A DNA stretch of 64,000 nucleotides from positions 6,847 to 70,846 of the forward strand of contig JAAZKE010000025.1 in NCBI GenBank assembly GCA_012799995.1, in the 5' to 3' direction. Below, piece after piece: positions 9,995 through 19,847 of the stretch. This DNA is from Chloroflexota bacterium (GTDB lineage: Bacteria > Chloroflexota > Anaerolineae > Anaerolineales > Anaerolineaceae). The position numbers and the translations under genes are program-made. The notes under the pieces are model-generated. The model searched no databases, was not told the origin of the DNA, and was given only the letters and a program-made list of their open reading frames with translations. Numbering within the stretch: position 1 is the stretch's first letter; each line of letters starts with the position of its first letter.

Positions 9995-10834
9995 TTATTC
10001 ACGATAATGGCTTCGCAGAAGTTTGATTTCTTCTCCGTAACCTTCGACATCATTCGGTGTCTCCAGATAAAAGGGTAGATTCCTCAGAGCGGGATGATTG
10101 ATGAATGCCACGATTGCATCCAACCCGATCAAGCCTTTACCAATCAATTCATGTCGATCTTTTTTTGAATTAAAAGGCATCTTGCTGTCATTGAGGTGAA
10201 TCGCTTTCAATCGTTCCAACCCAATCACCTTGTCAAACTCCTGGATTACACCATCCAGATTATTGACAATGTCATAGCCAGCCGAGAAGATGTGGCAGGA
10301 ATCCATGCACACACCGAACTTTTCCGGATGGTCAACACGGTCAATGATTTCCCGAATTTCCTCAAAGCGGCTTCCTACTTCACTTCCTTTACCGGACATG
10401 GTTTCAATCAAGACCGGTGTCTGCGTTTCACTGGTTATCGTTTGATTCAGATGAGAAACAATCAGTTCAATTCCTTTTTCAATTCCCTGTCCCACGTGGC
10501 TGCCGGGATGGAAATTGTACTGGCTGTTTGTTACCGAAGAGAGGATTCTGAGATCATCTTTCATCACTATCTCAGCAAACTCGCGGACGCGTTCGTCCGC
10601 AGAGCAGGGGTTGAGCGTATACGGCGCATGGGCTAAAATCGGCGCGAAGTCATTTTCCGTCATCAGCACATTTAAAGCTTCGACATCGGACGGTATCAGT
10701 TCTTTTGCCTTGCTTCCGCGCGGGTTGCGGGTAAAGAACTGGAAGGTGTTGGCATTAATGCCAAGCGCTTCCTCGCCCATATGCAAATAGCCCTTCGCAG
10801 CGGATAGATGACAGCCAATTTTAAATGTACTCAT
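9995..10834 (-). CDS. nfo: Endonuclease IV
   Basis: [40 protein letters not shown]....KDRHE and LETP motifs. Start at 10834 behind GGAGG. Confidence 0.93.
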   Translation of the reverse strand: MSTFKIGCHLSAAKGYLHMGEEALGINANTFQFFTRNPRGSKAKELIPSDVEALNVLMTENDFAPILAHAPYTLNPCSADERVREFAEIVMKDDLRILSSVTNSQYNFHPGSHVGQGIEKGIELIVSHLNQTITSETQTPVLIETMSGKGSEVGSRFEEIREIIDRVDHPEKFGVCMDSCHIFSAGYDIVNNLDGVIQEFDKVIGLERLKAIHLNDSKMPFNSKKDRHELIGKGLIGLDAIVAFINHPALRNLPFYLETPNDVEGYGEEIKLLRSHYRE

Positions 10835-10845
10835 GTATTCCTCCA

Positions 10846-11691
10846 TCACTCTTCCTGAACTGGATCGGATTTGATTTCACTCAACTGATCCTTGGTGAAT
10901 TCGCGTCGCCCCACTTCTGGGATATCCACCAAAACAGAGTAACGCAACGGGAAGACTTCAAGCACTTTGCCTTCACCCTGTGGCGTCATGACGCGTTTCT
11001 TCTTCTTGGGGAGTAACTTACGCCTTTCAACATAGAGCTCATTTTCAAATTCCAGGCAGCAGCGCAATCTGCCGCAAAGACCGGTGATTTCTGCAGGAGT
11101 CAGGGAGATGCCCTGCTCCTTTGCCATTCGGATCGAAATACTCTTGAACTCGGTCATGTAAGCGGAGCAACAGCGGTTGCCAATTCCACAGGCGCCCATG
11201 CCGCCAATCGACTTGGCTACATCACGCGGTCCGAGCTGCCGTAACTCAACATTTTGAATTTCGAATTGTTTTTGAATATCGTAGCGCAGCGATTTCATTT
11301 CGATTTTTTCTTCCAACCCACTATAATAATTCACCAGCACATATGATCCATCAAAATTGATCTCCGGTTGGAGGAATTTCACGTCCTTAATGTGCAGTTC
11401 CTTAACGCGATTCCTACAATACTCCTGAATTTCAGCTTCTTTCAGCGACCAAGATTCCCTGGCAACCAGTTCACCAGCTGTAGCAATGTGCAGAATTTTT
11501 TTTGGAGGATCCCCTTCAATTTTAGCGTTTTCCAACTTCTTTTTGACCAATCCAATTTGCTGCCCTTTGCTGGTTTCTACAAGCACATAATCTGCTACGC
11601 CGATTTCTTCGAAACCAGAAGCATCAAAATGGTAAGATTTTCCTCCCCTGGAGAGACAAACCAAAACGATGGTTGAATAAGTATCAGTCAT
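10846..11691 (-). CDS. PSP1-domain protein (RicT/YaaT family)
   Basis: IELRQ.G.RD.AK..GG.G.CG...CC and SI.MAKEQ..SL.P..ITG.CGRL.CCL.FE motifs. Confidence 0.9.
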   Translation of the reverse strand: MTDTYSTIVLVCLSRGGKSYHFDASGFEEIGVADYVLVETSKGQQIGLVKKKLENAKIEGDPPKKILHIATAGELVARESWSLKEAEIQEYCRNRVKELHIKDVKFLQPEINFDGSYVLVNYYSGLEEKIEMKSLRYDIQKQFEIQNVELRQLGPRDVAKSIGGMGACGIGNRCCSAYMTEFKSISIRMAKEQGISLTPAEITGLCGRLRCCLEFENELYVERRKLLPKKKKRVMTPQGEGKVLEVFPLRYSVLVDIPEVGRREFTKDQLSEIKSDPVQEE

Positions 11692-11706
11692 TTTTTCCTC
11701 AATTTT

Positions 11707-12324
11707 TTATCGCCGTTGTGAGATTGCAAACAAGCCGACGATTAAGCCCAACACTCCCGTGGCGATAATAATCAAGCCATAGGGTATCCCACCCTGTCTG
11801 GCAGATGCCGGATTTGACTGGAAAGTAGGAATTACCAACGGAGCGGGCTGCGTAAACGTTGCCAACCGGGTTGGTTCTACAGTGATAATAAACTGTGCCG
11901 CCAGGGTTGGATCAATCGTATTGGTAACTCGTGGTGTAGGTGTCGGCGGAATAATAACCATCGGCAAAGTACCCAAAAAATCTACATAAGCGGCATATAC
12001 CCAGGCATAGCCCCCCGGACCACCGGCATATTCTATCAATAGCCAGTTGCCTCCTTCCGTACGTCCTTTGGCAACCGCTTTTTGCCCGATCACCATTGTT
12101 CCCACCCGGTCGTATTCTGTTCCGGGACCTGATCGCAGATTAATCTGCGGATTGGCTGGATCATTCTTGACAGTGATAACAACGCCGGCGTCTGTACTGG
12201 TTACCGTTGGGATACTGACGGTTGGAATTTGCGCGAACGTTTGGGGTAGTGACGTAAAAAACAGGATAAAGATAAACCCGAGAATAAAAGTTATTATTAT
12301 TTTCCTCATTTTATAGATAAACAT
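11707..12324 (-). CDS. SH3b-domain membrane-anchored secreted protein
   Basis: Signal/TM N-terminus, INLRSGPGTEYD...W...Y....G.AWV, Pro/Thr linker, C-terminal TM followed by RR. Start may be 12309. Confidence 0.7.
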   Translation of the reverse strand: MFIYKMRKIIITFILGFIFILFFTSLPQTFAQIPTVSIPTVTSTDAGVVITVKNDPANPQINLRSGPGTEYDRVGTMVIGQKAVAKGRTEGGNWLLIEYAGGPGGYAWVYAAYVDFLGTLPMVIIPPTPTPRVTNTIDPTLAAQFIITVEPTRLATFTQPAPLVIPTFQSNPASARQGGIPYGLIIIATGVLGLIVGLFAISQRR

Positions 12325-12495
12325 AATTCCTGTTCACGCCATTATTCATTCAGTTATGCCGGTTAATTCTACTATAAGAACCTGAATCAGTTCTTAGCCC
12401 AAAAGACACCCCAGCCTTTCAAGCTCTTTTTAGACAAACTATAACGATATGACTAAAAATGGATTCCTAATGTATAATAACACCCACTGAAAACT

Positions 12496-13503
12496 ATGAA
12501 ATTTGATTCAATTGAGAAAGTTCCAGGATTTAAGATCGGTCATGCCCAGAACGAAGAGGCTTTGACCGGCTGCACCGTCATTTTATGCGATGACAATTCG
12601 ATTGGTGGCGTTGATCAACGCGGCGGTTCTCCCGGTACGCGGGAAACTGACCTGCTGCGTCCAATGCATATGGTTGAAACAGTTAACGCAATTCTATTGA
12701 CTGGTGGATCGGCATATGGGCTCGACGCTGCTGCGGGCGTTATGAAATATCTTGAGGAACGCAAAAAAGGGATCAATGTTGGTCCCACAGTTGTACCAAT
12801 CGTTCCTGCGGCAGTGCTGCTTGATCTTACCGTTGGTGATCCAAATATCCGTCCGGACAGCGCGATGGGATACCAGGCCTGTATGAATGCCTCCAATGAA
12901 GCTCCCCTACAGGGAAACTATGGTGCTGGCACTGGGGCAACTGTTGGGAAAATCCTGGGAAAAAGCCAGTCGATGAAGGGTGGAATAGGACATAGTGCGA
13001 TTGAGATAGGCAACGGAGTTTGGATAGGCGCGATAATTGCCGTCAACGCATTGGGAGACGTGGTTGATCCTGTTGGCCGGAATATTATTGCCGGAGCCAG
13101 AACAATTCGAAAATCGATTGTAAAAATTGGCGCCAGCGACCTTTTCGCCAACAGCCTGTCGATTATGGCAAGCTACTTCGGACAAAAATCATTGTCATTT
13201 GCATCTCGCCAAAATACTGTTATTGGTGCAGTATTGACGAACGCAAAATTGACAAAGGAAGAAACCAACAAACTGGCAGTAAGCGGGCAAAATGGTCTGG
13301 TTTTGAGCATTCAGCCGTCGCATACCATGTTCGATGGCGACACAATTTTTGCTGTCTCATCGCAGAAAAAAGCTTCCAACATCAACTCAGTGGCTGCCTT
13401 TGCACCTCTGGTTGTTGCACAGGCTATTGATAATGCAATTCGTTCAGCAAAAGGGATTCCCGGAATTCCTTCCTACCAGGATTTAGTAGAAAATAAAGGA
13501 TAG
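12496..13503 (+). CDS. Peptidase S58 (DmpA / P1 family)
   Basis: TGCTV, GGSPGTRETDLL, GGSAYGLDAA, G..GAGTGA, NT.IG and HT.FDGD motifs. Confidence 0.9.
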   Translation: MKFDSIEKVPGFKIGHAQNEEALTGCTVILCDDNSIGGVDQRGGSPGTRETDLLRPMHMVETVNAILLTGGSAYGLDAAAGVMKYLEERKKGINVGPTVVPIVPAAVLLDLTVGDPNIRPDSAMGYQACMNASNEAPLQGNYGAGTGATVGKILGKSQSMKGGIGHSAIEIGNGVWIGAIIAVNALGDVVDPVGRNIIAGARTIRKSIVKIGASDLFANSLSIMASYFGQKSLSFASRQNTVIGAVLTNAKLTKEETNKLAVSGQNGLVLSIQPSHTMFDGDTIFAVSSQKKASNINSVAAFAPLVVAQAIDNAIRSAKGIPGIPSYQDLVENKG

Positions 13504-13506
13504 CAC

Positions 13507-14355
13507 ATGACTAGAATTATCGGTGATACCTCCTCTGGAATTACTCTCGAATATGCGAAGGAGTACGGCATTGATTTGATTCCGCAATACGTTATATTTG
13601 GCGAGGAATCCTATCGCGATGATACCGAAATTACCGGAGATGAATTTGTAAAAAAACTTGAAGCAGCCACGCATTTACCAAAAACAAATGCCCCGCCACC
13701 AGCATTGTATTTCCCAATCTTTGATGAGATGCGAAAAACCAACGATGATGCCATTATCATTTGTCCCTCAATCCACCTGAGTGGTACATATCGCAGTGCA
13801 CTTAATGCAAAGGCTGAGTATCCCGACCTCGACATTCGTGTGATCGATACTGGTATTGTCGGATGCGGTGATGCCATGCTATTGCTGGAAGCACATCGCA
13901 TGACGAAAGCTGGAATTTCTTTAGATGAAATTGAGAAAATGGTGATGGGTTTACTGCCAAAAGTTAAATTCTATGCCGTAGTGGACACGCTGGAATATCT
14001 GTACAAAGGGGGCAGAATTGACCCAACATCCAAATTCTTCGGCGATATTCTGCAGATTAAACCTGTCCTGACCATTAAAGAGGGCAAAGCCGTTATTTTC
14101 GAGAAGCAACGCACCAAAAAGAAGGCGATTACCAGGTTGGTTGAGCTCATCGCAGAAGATTGTCCTAAAAGTGGCAATTATGGACTTTTGTCTTTATCCC
14201 TGCTGGAATCGATCAACGAGAAAGAGCTGGAGACGATCAAAAGCCAACTGAAAGAAAAAATCGGTATTCAGGATATTCCTTTTTTCAATGTTCCCCCAGC
14301 TTTCATGGTTCATGCCGGTCCAGGAGTCATCTTCGCGACATATTTTATCGATTAA
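13507..14355 (+). CDS. DegV family fatty-acid-binding protein
   Basis: DTSS, PKT..P, LSGTY, VIDT, L.YL.KGGRI, IKPVL and H.GPG motifs. Confidence 0.9.
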   Translation: MTRIIGDTSSGITLEYAKEYGIDLIPQYVIFGEESYRDDTEITGDEFVKKLEAATHLPKTNAPPPALYFPIFDEMRKTNDDAIIICPSIHLSGTYRSALNAKAEYPDLDIRVIDTGIVGCGDAMLLLEAHRMTKAGISLDEIEKMVMGLLPKVKFYAVVDTLEYLYKGGRIDPTSKFFGDILQIKPVLTIKEGKAVIFEKQRTKKKAITRLVELIAEDCPKSGNYGLLSLSLLESINEKELETIKSQLKEKIGIQDIPFFNVPPAFMVHAGPGVIFATYFID

Positions 14356-14522
14356 ATCCTTAATCAATCATATAATTCTTTGTCCACTGGATCGATAATT
14401 CCAGTCCGATGTGATAGAACTGTGCCTTTCCCCCTTTTTGCATACAAAGGGGGTTGAATTTTGATGAAAAAAAGTGTAATCTGTTTATTATATTGATAAC
14501 GTTAGGGATTATTTAGACAAAA

Positions 14523-15734
14523 ATGAAAGACGATGAACTATTAGAACTTTCGGTAGAAGACGAAGATAATTATCCGGCAATCGCAAAGCTTATCGAAATT
14601 GGAAGACAGAAATCTTATGTGACCATAGACGATATCCTGAAATTGTTTCCTGATGCCGAACAGGATGTTGAACAATTAGAAGAAGCGTTTTCAGCCCTGA
14701 TCAGCGCTGGTATTCCCTATTCAGAAGAATCCAGCACTGAGGATGAACCATCAGATGATGAGATCGACATTGATGAAGATGATACGTCTGTCAATGAACT
14801 TTTAATGGACGATCTGGCAAACATCGATACTGACGATACCATCGGACTCTATCTCAAAGAAGTAAGCCGGGTTCCGTTGCTGAATGCGGACGAAGAAGTT
14901 GAACTGGCTCAGCGGATCGAACGCGGCAGAATGTCCCGTGAGGAACTTGCCCGATTCAATGTCACCACTGCACGAAAGGGTGAATTACGAAAGAGCATCG
15001 AGGATGGCTGGGATGCAAGAGAGCATCTGATTACTGCCAACTCAAGGTTGGTGATCAGCGTTGCAAAAAAATATATGGGACGGGGTGTTCCCTTTCTTGA
15101 TCTGATTCAGGAAGGAAACATCGGATTAATTCGCGCGACCAAGAAATTTGACTATCGCCGCGGACATAAATTCAGCACCTATGCTACCTGGTGGATTCGT
15201 CAGGCAGTCACCCGCGCTATCGCGGATCAAGGACGAACGATCCGGGTTCCTGTCCATATGGGTGACCAGATCAACAAACTGCTGCGTATTCAGCATCAGT
15301 TAACACAGAAACTGGGGCGCGATCCAACTGTTGAAGAACTGGCCGAAGCGCTGGACGTTCCACCCAAGAAAGTGGAAAATATGATTCAGGTAGCCCGCAG
15401 ACCGCTTTCGCTTGAGACACCCACTGATGACGAAGAAGATTCAGTGCTGGGTGATTTCATCGAGGATGAGGATGCTCCACCACCAGATGATACCGCAACC
15501 TATAACCTGCTTAAAGAACACCTTGAAGAGGTTCTGAACGGATTGCCTCCCCGTGAAGTGAGAATACTTCAGCTAAGATATGGGCTTCTGGATGGTCAGG
15601 CTTACACATTGGAAGAAGTGGGACGAAAAATGGGCGTAACCCGCGAACGGGTACGTCAGATTGAAGCGCAGGCGCTGAGTCGGTTACGCCATCCAACTGT
15701 TCGCAAGATTCTGCGCGACTATCTGGGCGATTAG
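14523..15734 (+). CDS. rpoD: Primary RNA polymerase sigma factor (sigma70/SigA)
   Basis: Region 1.1, YLKEVSRVPLL, NSRLVISVAKKY, DLIQEGNIGL, KFSTYATWWIRQ and TRERVRQIE motifs. Confidence 0.96.
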   Translation: MKDDELLELSVEDEDNYPAIAKLIEIGRQKSYVTIDDILKLFPDAEQDVEQLEEAFSALISAGIPYSEESSTEDEPSDDEIDIDEDDTSVNELLMDDLANIDTDDTIGLYLKEVSRVPLLNADEEVELAQRIERGRMSREELARFNVTTARKGELRKSIEDGWDAREHLITANSRLVISVAKKYMGRGVPFLDLIQEGNIGLIRATKKFDYRRGHKFSTYATWWIRQAVTRAIADQGRTIRVPVHMGDQINKLLRIQHQLTQKLGRDPTVEELAEALDVPPKKVENMIQVARRPLSLETPTDDEEDSVLGDFIEDEDAPPPDDTATYNLLKEHLEEVLNGLPPREVRILQLRYGLLDGQAYTLEEVGRKMGVTRERVRQIEAQALSRLRHPTVRKILRDYLGD

Positions 15735-15751
15735 GAGATAATCCGTATACG

Positions 15752-15786
15752 AACATGCCGATTCTTCAATCGGCATGTTTTGGTTT
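15752..15786 (+). terminator. Terminator after rpoD
   Basis: AACATGCCGATT-CTTC-AATCGGCATGTT followed by a T-rich tail. Confidence 0.75.
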
Positions 15787-15825
15787 ATAATCCGAAAGCC
15801 AATATCCGACTACGAGGAAAGCGAA

Positions 15826-17235
15826 TTGCCCAGGATTTCTTTGAGGGATTATCTCAACAAAATCGATGCTCTTATCACTGAAAACAGTTACGAGCAGTCC
15901 CTTTACCATTCTTTTTACCTGCTCAGGCAATACCCAAAGTATGTTGAAGTGTATAAACGGATTGGCAGAGCCTATCTGGAACTGAACAATCTGGACAGTG
16001 CTGCCAATGTCTTCGCGCGTCTGATCACAGTTGAACCAGAGAACTTCCTCAATCATCTCACCATGGGGTTGATCATGGAGATGCAATCCGATGTTGAGAG
16101 GGCAATTTACCAAACCCGGCTGGCGCTTTTTTTACAACCTGAGAATAAAGATGTGATTCGGCTTTATCAACAGCTGAGTTCACAGCGGACTGACATGAGA
16201 GAGCCTGCGTCTTTCCGCCCAATTTTAACCGCTCTGCAGGCTTACCGGCAAAATGATTTCGCGAAATGCCATGAAATCCTGAGTACTTCTGATTTGGATA
16301 ATTATCGCTATTTCGGGCAGTTGTTTATCGCGCTTTCCGCTTATCGCCTCGAAGACTACGCGAATTTTATAATAATTAGTGAAGAATTATTAGGTAAAAA
16401 CCGATATCTTGAGTGCGTATTGAAGCTTATGGCACCGCTCTTGAAAACCAGAAAACCTCTTCGCGAGCGAGAATACATCAGTCGATTGCATGAACTGAAC
16501 CCTGAATTTAGCTCATTAGAAGATTCACAGGAGGCATCAACGCTAATTGAGCTGATCTATCACGATTGGACCGGGTTTCAGAACTCAAAACTGCGTACAA
16601 TCTGGCACCAGCCCGGCTCGAAAATCATCGATAACCAAATCGATACGCTGCCAGGCTGGCTTGAATGCCTGCCAATTTGCCAGGATTTGATCTATCCAAC
16701 CTCGTCCAGCAGGGAAACGGATTCGGTAAGTGTAAGCGGGTTTCGTTCACTTTCTGAACGTCACAGCAAACTGAGAGATGAAGACATCTTTTTCCAGAAA
16801 GATTATTTCCGTTCTCAGGTAGCGGACAAACCCGTAGAGCCTTTGACTACAAGAGATTCAAGGGTTGATCAACCGAAAAATCTGATTGAAATCGACAGCT
16901 CAACAGAATTGGAAGAAGCTTTCGGATTGCTCGAACAAATGATTATCGGCGAAGAGGGACTCGACGAAAGCCCGGATCAAATCGTAGTAATCGAACCTGA
17001 AGGAAAAGTCGTTGATGCCCGTCAGGAAGACCTTCCAAAAGTTGTTATTGATGAAGAAACAGAGGAGAGAATTCGTGCAGCCTGGAATTGCTTCAGCATT
17101 GGGCAACCAGCCGAAGGGATCACCCGTTACCGCGAACTGATCGCGGATGAAAGGATAGAAAAAAGGGTAAAAGAAGATATCCGGAAGCTGATGATCCTGT
17201 TTCCGGAACATGAAGAATTAAAAGGACTACTATAA
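15826..17235 (+). CDS. Tetratricopeptide-repeat protein
   Basis: TPR-like helices (YKRIGRAYLELNNLDSAANVFARLITVEPEN). Likely TTG start at 15826 behind GAGG, because the ORF-track ATG lies inside the rpoD terminator. Confidence 0.7.
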   Translation: MPRISLRDYLNKIDALITENSYEQSLYHSFYLLRQYPKYVEVYKRIGRAYLELNNLDSAANVFARLITVEPENFLNHLTMGLIMEMQSDVERAIYQTRLALFLQPENKDVIRLYQQLSSQRTDMREPASFRPILTALQAYRQNDFAKCHEILSTSDLDNYRYFGQLFIALSAYRLEDYANFIIISEELLGKNRYLECVLKLMAPLLKTRKPLREREYISRLHELNPEFSSLEDSQEASTLIELIYHDWTGFQNSKLRTIWHQPGSKIIDNQIDTLPGWLECLPICQDLIYPTSSSRETDSVSVSGFRSLSERHSKLRDEDIFFQKDYFRSQVADKPVEPLTTRDSRVDQPKNLIEIDSSTELEEAFGLLEQMIIGEEGLDESPDQIVVIEPEGKVVDARQEDLPKVVIDEETEERIRAAWNCFSIGQPAEGITRYRELIADERIEKRVKEDIRKLMILFPEHEELKGLL

Positions 17236-17245
17236 GGGGTTGAAA

Positions 17246-17704
17246 ATGGAAAAAACATTTGTTTGTATCAAGCCAGATGGCGTTCAACGCGGATTTATTG
17301 GGGAAATTATCAAGCGATTTGAAAATCGGGGATTATTGCTGGGGGCAGCTAAATTCCTGCAAGTTGATCATGCCTTTGCAGAAAAGCATTACGCAGAACA
17401 TGTAGGCAAACCTTTTTATAATGGGCTGGTAAACTACATCACCTCGGGACCGGTTTTTGCAATGGTTTGGGTCGGGGAGGATGCCGTCAAATTGGTACGA
17501 CAGACGGTCGGAGCTACCAAACCTGCGGAAGCAGCACCCGGCACAATCCGGCATGACTTTGCAGCCAAAATGGATCGTAATCTCATTCATGCTTCTGACT
17601 CGCCGGAAACAGCCGAGCGGGAGATTGCACTATGGTTCGCACCGGATGAGATTGTGGCATGGCACAACAGCAACTTCCTTTGGAGCTTTGGCAAAAATTC
17701 CTGA
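17246..17704 (+). CDS. ndk: Nucleoside-diphosphate kinase
   Basis: IKPDGVQRG, GATKP..A.PGTIR.D and NLIHASDS (catalytic His). Confidence 0.96.
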   Translation: MEKTFVCIKPDGVQRGFIGEIIKRFENRGLLLGAAKFLQVDHAFAEKHYAEHVGKPFYNGLVNYITSGPVFAMVWVGEDAVKLVRQTVGATKPAEAAPGTIRHDFAAKMDRNLIHASDSPETAEREIALWFAPDEIVAWHNSNFLWSFGKNS

Positions 17705-17708
17705 TCTT

Positions 17709-18128
17709 TCAGGCATGAATCCCGCCGGATTCGCCTCGTTCTGACTTTTGAGCGAATAAATTCGCCAGCGGTACCGTTTCAACCGCTGGCGTCTCTATTG
17801 GTACAACCAGCAGTTGGGCAATCCCACTCCCTGCCTCAATTGAAATCGGAAGCGCAGAAGGGTTGATGATTTTCACCTTGATTTCACCCTGGTATCCGGC
17901 ATCAACCACACCGCCGCCTAAAATGTAATTATTACGACTTTTAGGCAATATCAAACCAACATAACCATCAGGGATATCAAGGGCAATGCCCGTTCGAACG
18001 CTCACAGAGGATTGTTTTTCGATTGTCACCGCTTCCAGAGAATACAAATCCAACCCGGCATCGGAAGGATGTTTGCGCGTCGGAATAACAGCAGCAGCTT
18101 CAATTTTCGCAATCCGAATCTTTTTCAT
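17709..18128 (-). CDS. dut: dUTP diphosphatase
   Basis: DAGLDL, TGI, GGVVDAGYQGE, AQL and C-terminal RGE.GG motifs. Confidence 0.88.
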   Translation of the reverse strand: MKKIRIAKIEAAAVIPTRKHPSDAGLDLYSLEAVTIEKQSSVSVRTGIALDIPDGYVGLILPKSRNNYILGGGVVDAGYQGEIKVKIINPSALPISIEAGSGIAQLLVVPIETPAVETVPLANLFAQKSERGESGGIHA

Positions 18129-18245
18129 GAAAATACCTGCCTTATTTCTTGAATTTCATCTATTCTACTCCGGCTAAAAAATTCGATGTCACTATTTTTT
18201 CGGAATTCTTATATTTCTCTTGCATTTCAGGTAAAAATAAGAGGC

Positions 18246-18317
18246 ATGAGTAACGTATCAATTCGATTTATCCAAATTACCACTACTACCACTACTTTCG
18301 AGAAGCCCTTGAGATGA
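18246..18317 (+). CDS. thrL: Thr-rich attenuator leader peptide (23 aa, MSNVSIRFIQITTTTTTFEKPLR)
   Basis: AAGAGG SD, six consecutive Thr codons plus 3 Ile, directly upstream of a terminator and the ask-asd-hom operon. Confidence 0.88.
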   Translation: MSNVSIRFIQITTTTTTFEKPLR

Positions 18318-18345
18318 GGTAGATTTTAGCATTTGGTTTTACAGG

Positions 18346-18377
18346 AAACTGCCTCATCAAACAGAGGCAGTTTTTTT
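18346..18377 (+). terminator. Attenuator terminator of the ask-asd-hom leader
   Basis: AAACTGCCTC-ATCAAACA-GAGGCAGTTT then TTTT. The 5' arm can alternatively pair with GATGAGGTAG at 18313-18322. Confidence 0.9.
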
Positions 18378-18405
18378 ATTGAAAATATTATAGAAGGAAT
18401 CGCTT

Positions 18406-19836
18406 ATGGAAAATAATTTTGTTCCCCAGGACGTGTTGGTTATGAAGTTTGGAGGTACTTCTGTCGGTACGGTTCAGTCTATGAAATCGACCATTCAGAA
18501 TATCAAACGATGTAAAGCGGAACGACCGAATCTGGTAGTGGTTACATCAGCCATATCCGGCGCAACGAACGCACTGATTAAAAGTGCAACGGACGCTGCA
18601 GCCGGCAATCTGACAACGGCTGAGAAAACTACGCGTGAACTTACGGCTCGCCATCATGAGATGATTGACAAGCTGGTCAATGACCCCAACCAGTGGCTCC
18701 AGCTTAAGATGGACATCAACCGCATGCTTACAGATTTCTCCAATTTCTGCAATGCGATCAAAATTTTGGGGGAATTAAGTCCACGGGCGCTTGATATTGT
18801 TTCCAGCCTGGGTGAACGGATGGCAATTCGTGTCCTCGCTGCGGGCGTGAGTTCAGCTGGTGTTCCAGCCAAAGCAGTAGAAGCCTCTGAATTGATCCTG
18901 ACGGATGATGTTTTCCAAAGCGCGTCACCTGATATGGTGCGTACTGCCGAAAAATGTAAAAAACATTTGTACCCCTTACTTGAACAGGGAGTAGTCCCGA
19001 TCGTAACCGGTTTTATGGGTGCGACTGAAGATGGCATCATCACCACATTGGGTAGAGGCGGAAGCGATTATTCAGCTGCAATCATTGGTGTTGGATTGGG
19101 AGCAACCGACGTCTGGATCTGGACTGATGTAACCGGCGTGATGAGCGCTGATCCGCGGATCATCAAAGACGCCCACACCATCCCTTACCTGACCTTCAGT
19201 GAGATTTCCGAGATGGCTTTTTACGGTGCCAAAGTGCTGCACCCCAAGAGCGTCAAACCCTGCGTGGACAATGACATTCGTATGCGCATCTGTAACACCT
19301 TCTATCCCGATAAAATGGGCACCATTCTGGTAAAGGATTCCGAAGCCAGGGACATTGGCAAGATCAAGGCAGTCACTTCTGCCAGTGGTTTCAAACTGGT
19401 ACAGGTCGCCGGTGCCGGTATGGACTCCGGCATGGCAGTGTCCGCCAAAATTCTCAGTTCACTGGTAGATCAGGGGATTAACGTTCCCATGGTTATCGAA
19501 AGCTCATCCGAACAAGCAATTTGCTTCCCGGTAGAACTTAAAAAAATAGATAAAGTAAAAAAGACGCTGACCAGCGTTTTAGAGAAAGAAATTCAACATG
19601 AAGATATTGACCTGATCACCGTCAGCGATCAGGTTGACATTCTGACAGTGATCTGCTCCGGGCTGAAATCACATCCGGAAGTAATTGCACAAACCTTAAA
19701 TGGAATGGTTGAGAAAAAGTTTGATATCAAAGCGATGTCTTTTGGCCCTTCGGACGTATCGCTCAATTTAATCGTCAATTCAGCCGACACCAATGCGGCT
19801 TTGAATACAATCCACCAATTAATTCATAATGACTAA
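18406..19836 (+). CDS. Aspartate kinase with ACT domains
   Basis: MKFGGTSVG, VVTSA, GER, TTLGRGGSDYSAA, WTDV.G..SADPR and GAKVLHP motifs. Confidence 0.93.
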   Translation: MENNFVPQDVLVMKFGGTSVGTVQSMKSTIQNIKRCKAERPNLVVVTSAISGATNALIKSATDAAAGNLTTAEKTTRELTARHHEMIDKLVNDPNQWLQLKMDINRMLTDFSNFCNAIKILGELSPRALDIVSSLGERMAIRVLAAGVSSAGVPAKAVEASELILTDDVFQSASPDMVRTAEKCKKHLYPLLEQGVVPIVTGFMGATEDGIITTLGRGGSDYSAAIIGVGLGATDVWIWTDVTGVMSADPRIIKDAHTIPYLTFSEISEMAFYGAKVLHPKSVKPCVDNDIRMRICNTFYPDKMGTILVKDSEARDIGKIKAVTSASGFKLVQVAGAGMDSGMAVSAKILSSLVDQGINVPMVIESSSEQAICFPVELKKIDKVKKTLTSVLEKEIQHEDIDLITVSDQVDILTVICSGLKSHPEVIAQTLNGMVEKKFDIKAMSFGPSDVSLNLIVNSADTNAALNTIHQLIHND

Positions 19837-19847
19837 GGAGAAAGATC

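Noticed and set aside
12401-12420. AAAGACAC(CC)CAGCCTTTC resembling 36328-36344
   Set aside because: Only two imperfect copies before unrelated genes, with no palindromy or consistent position; could be chance.
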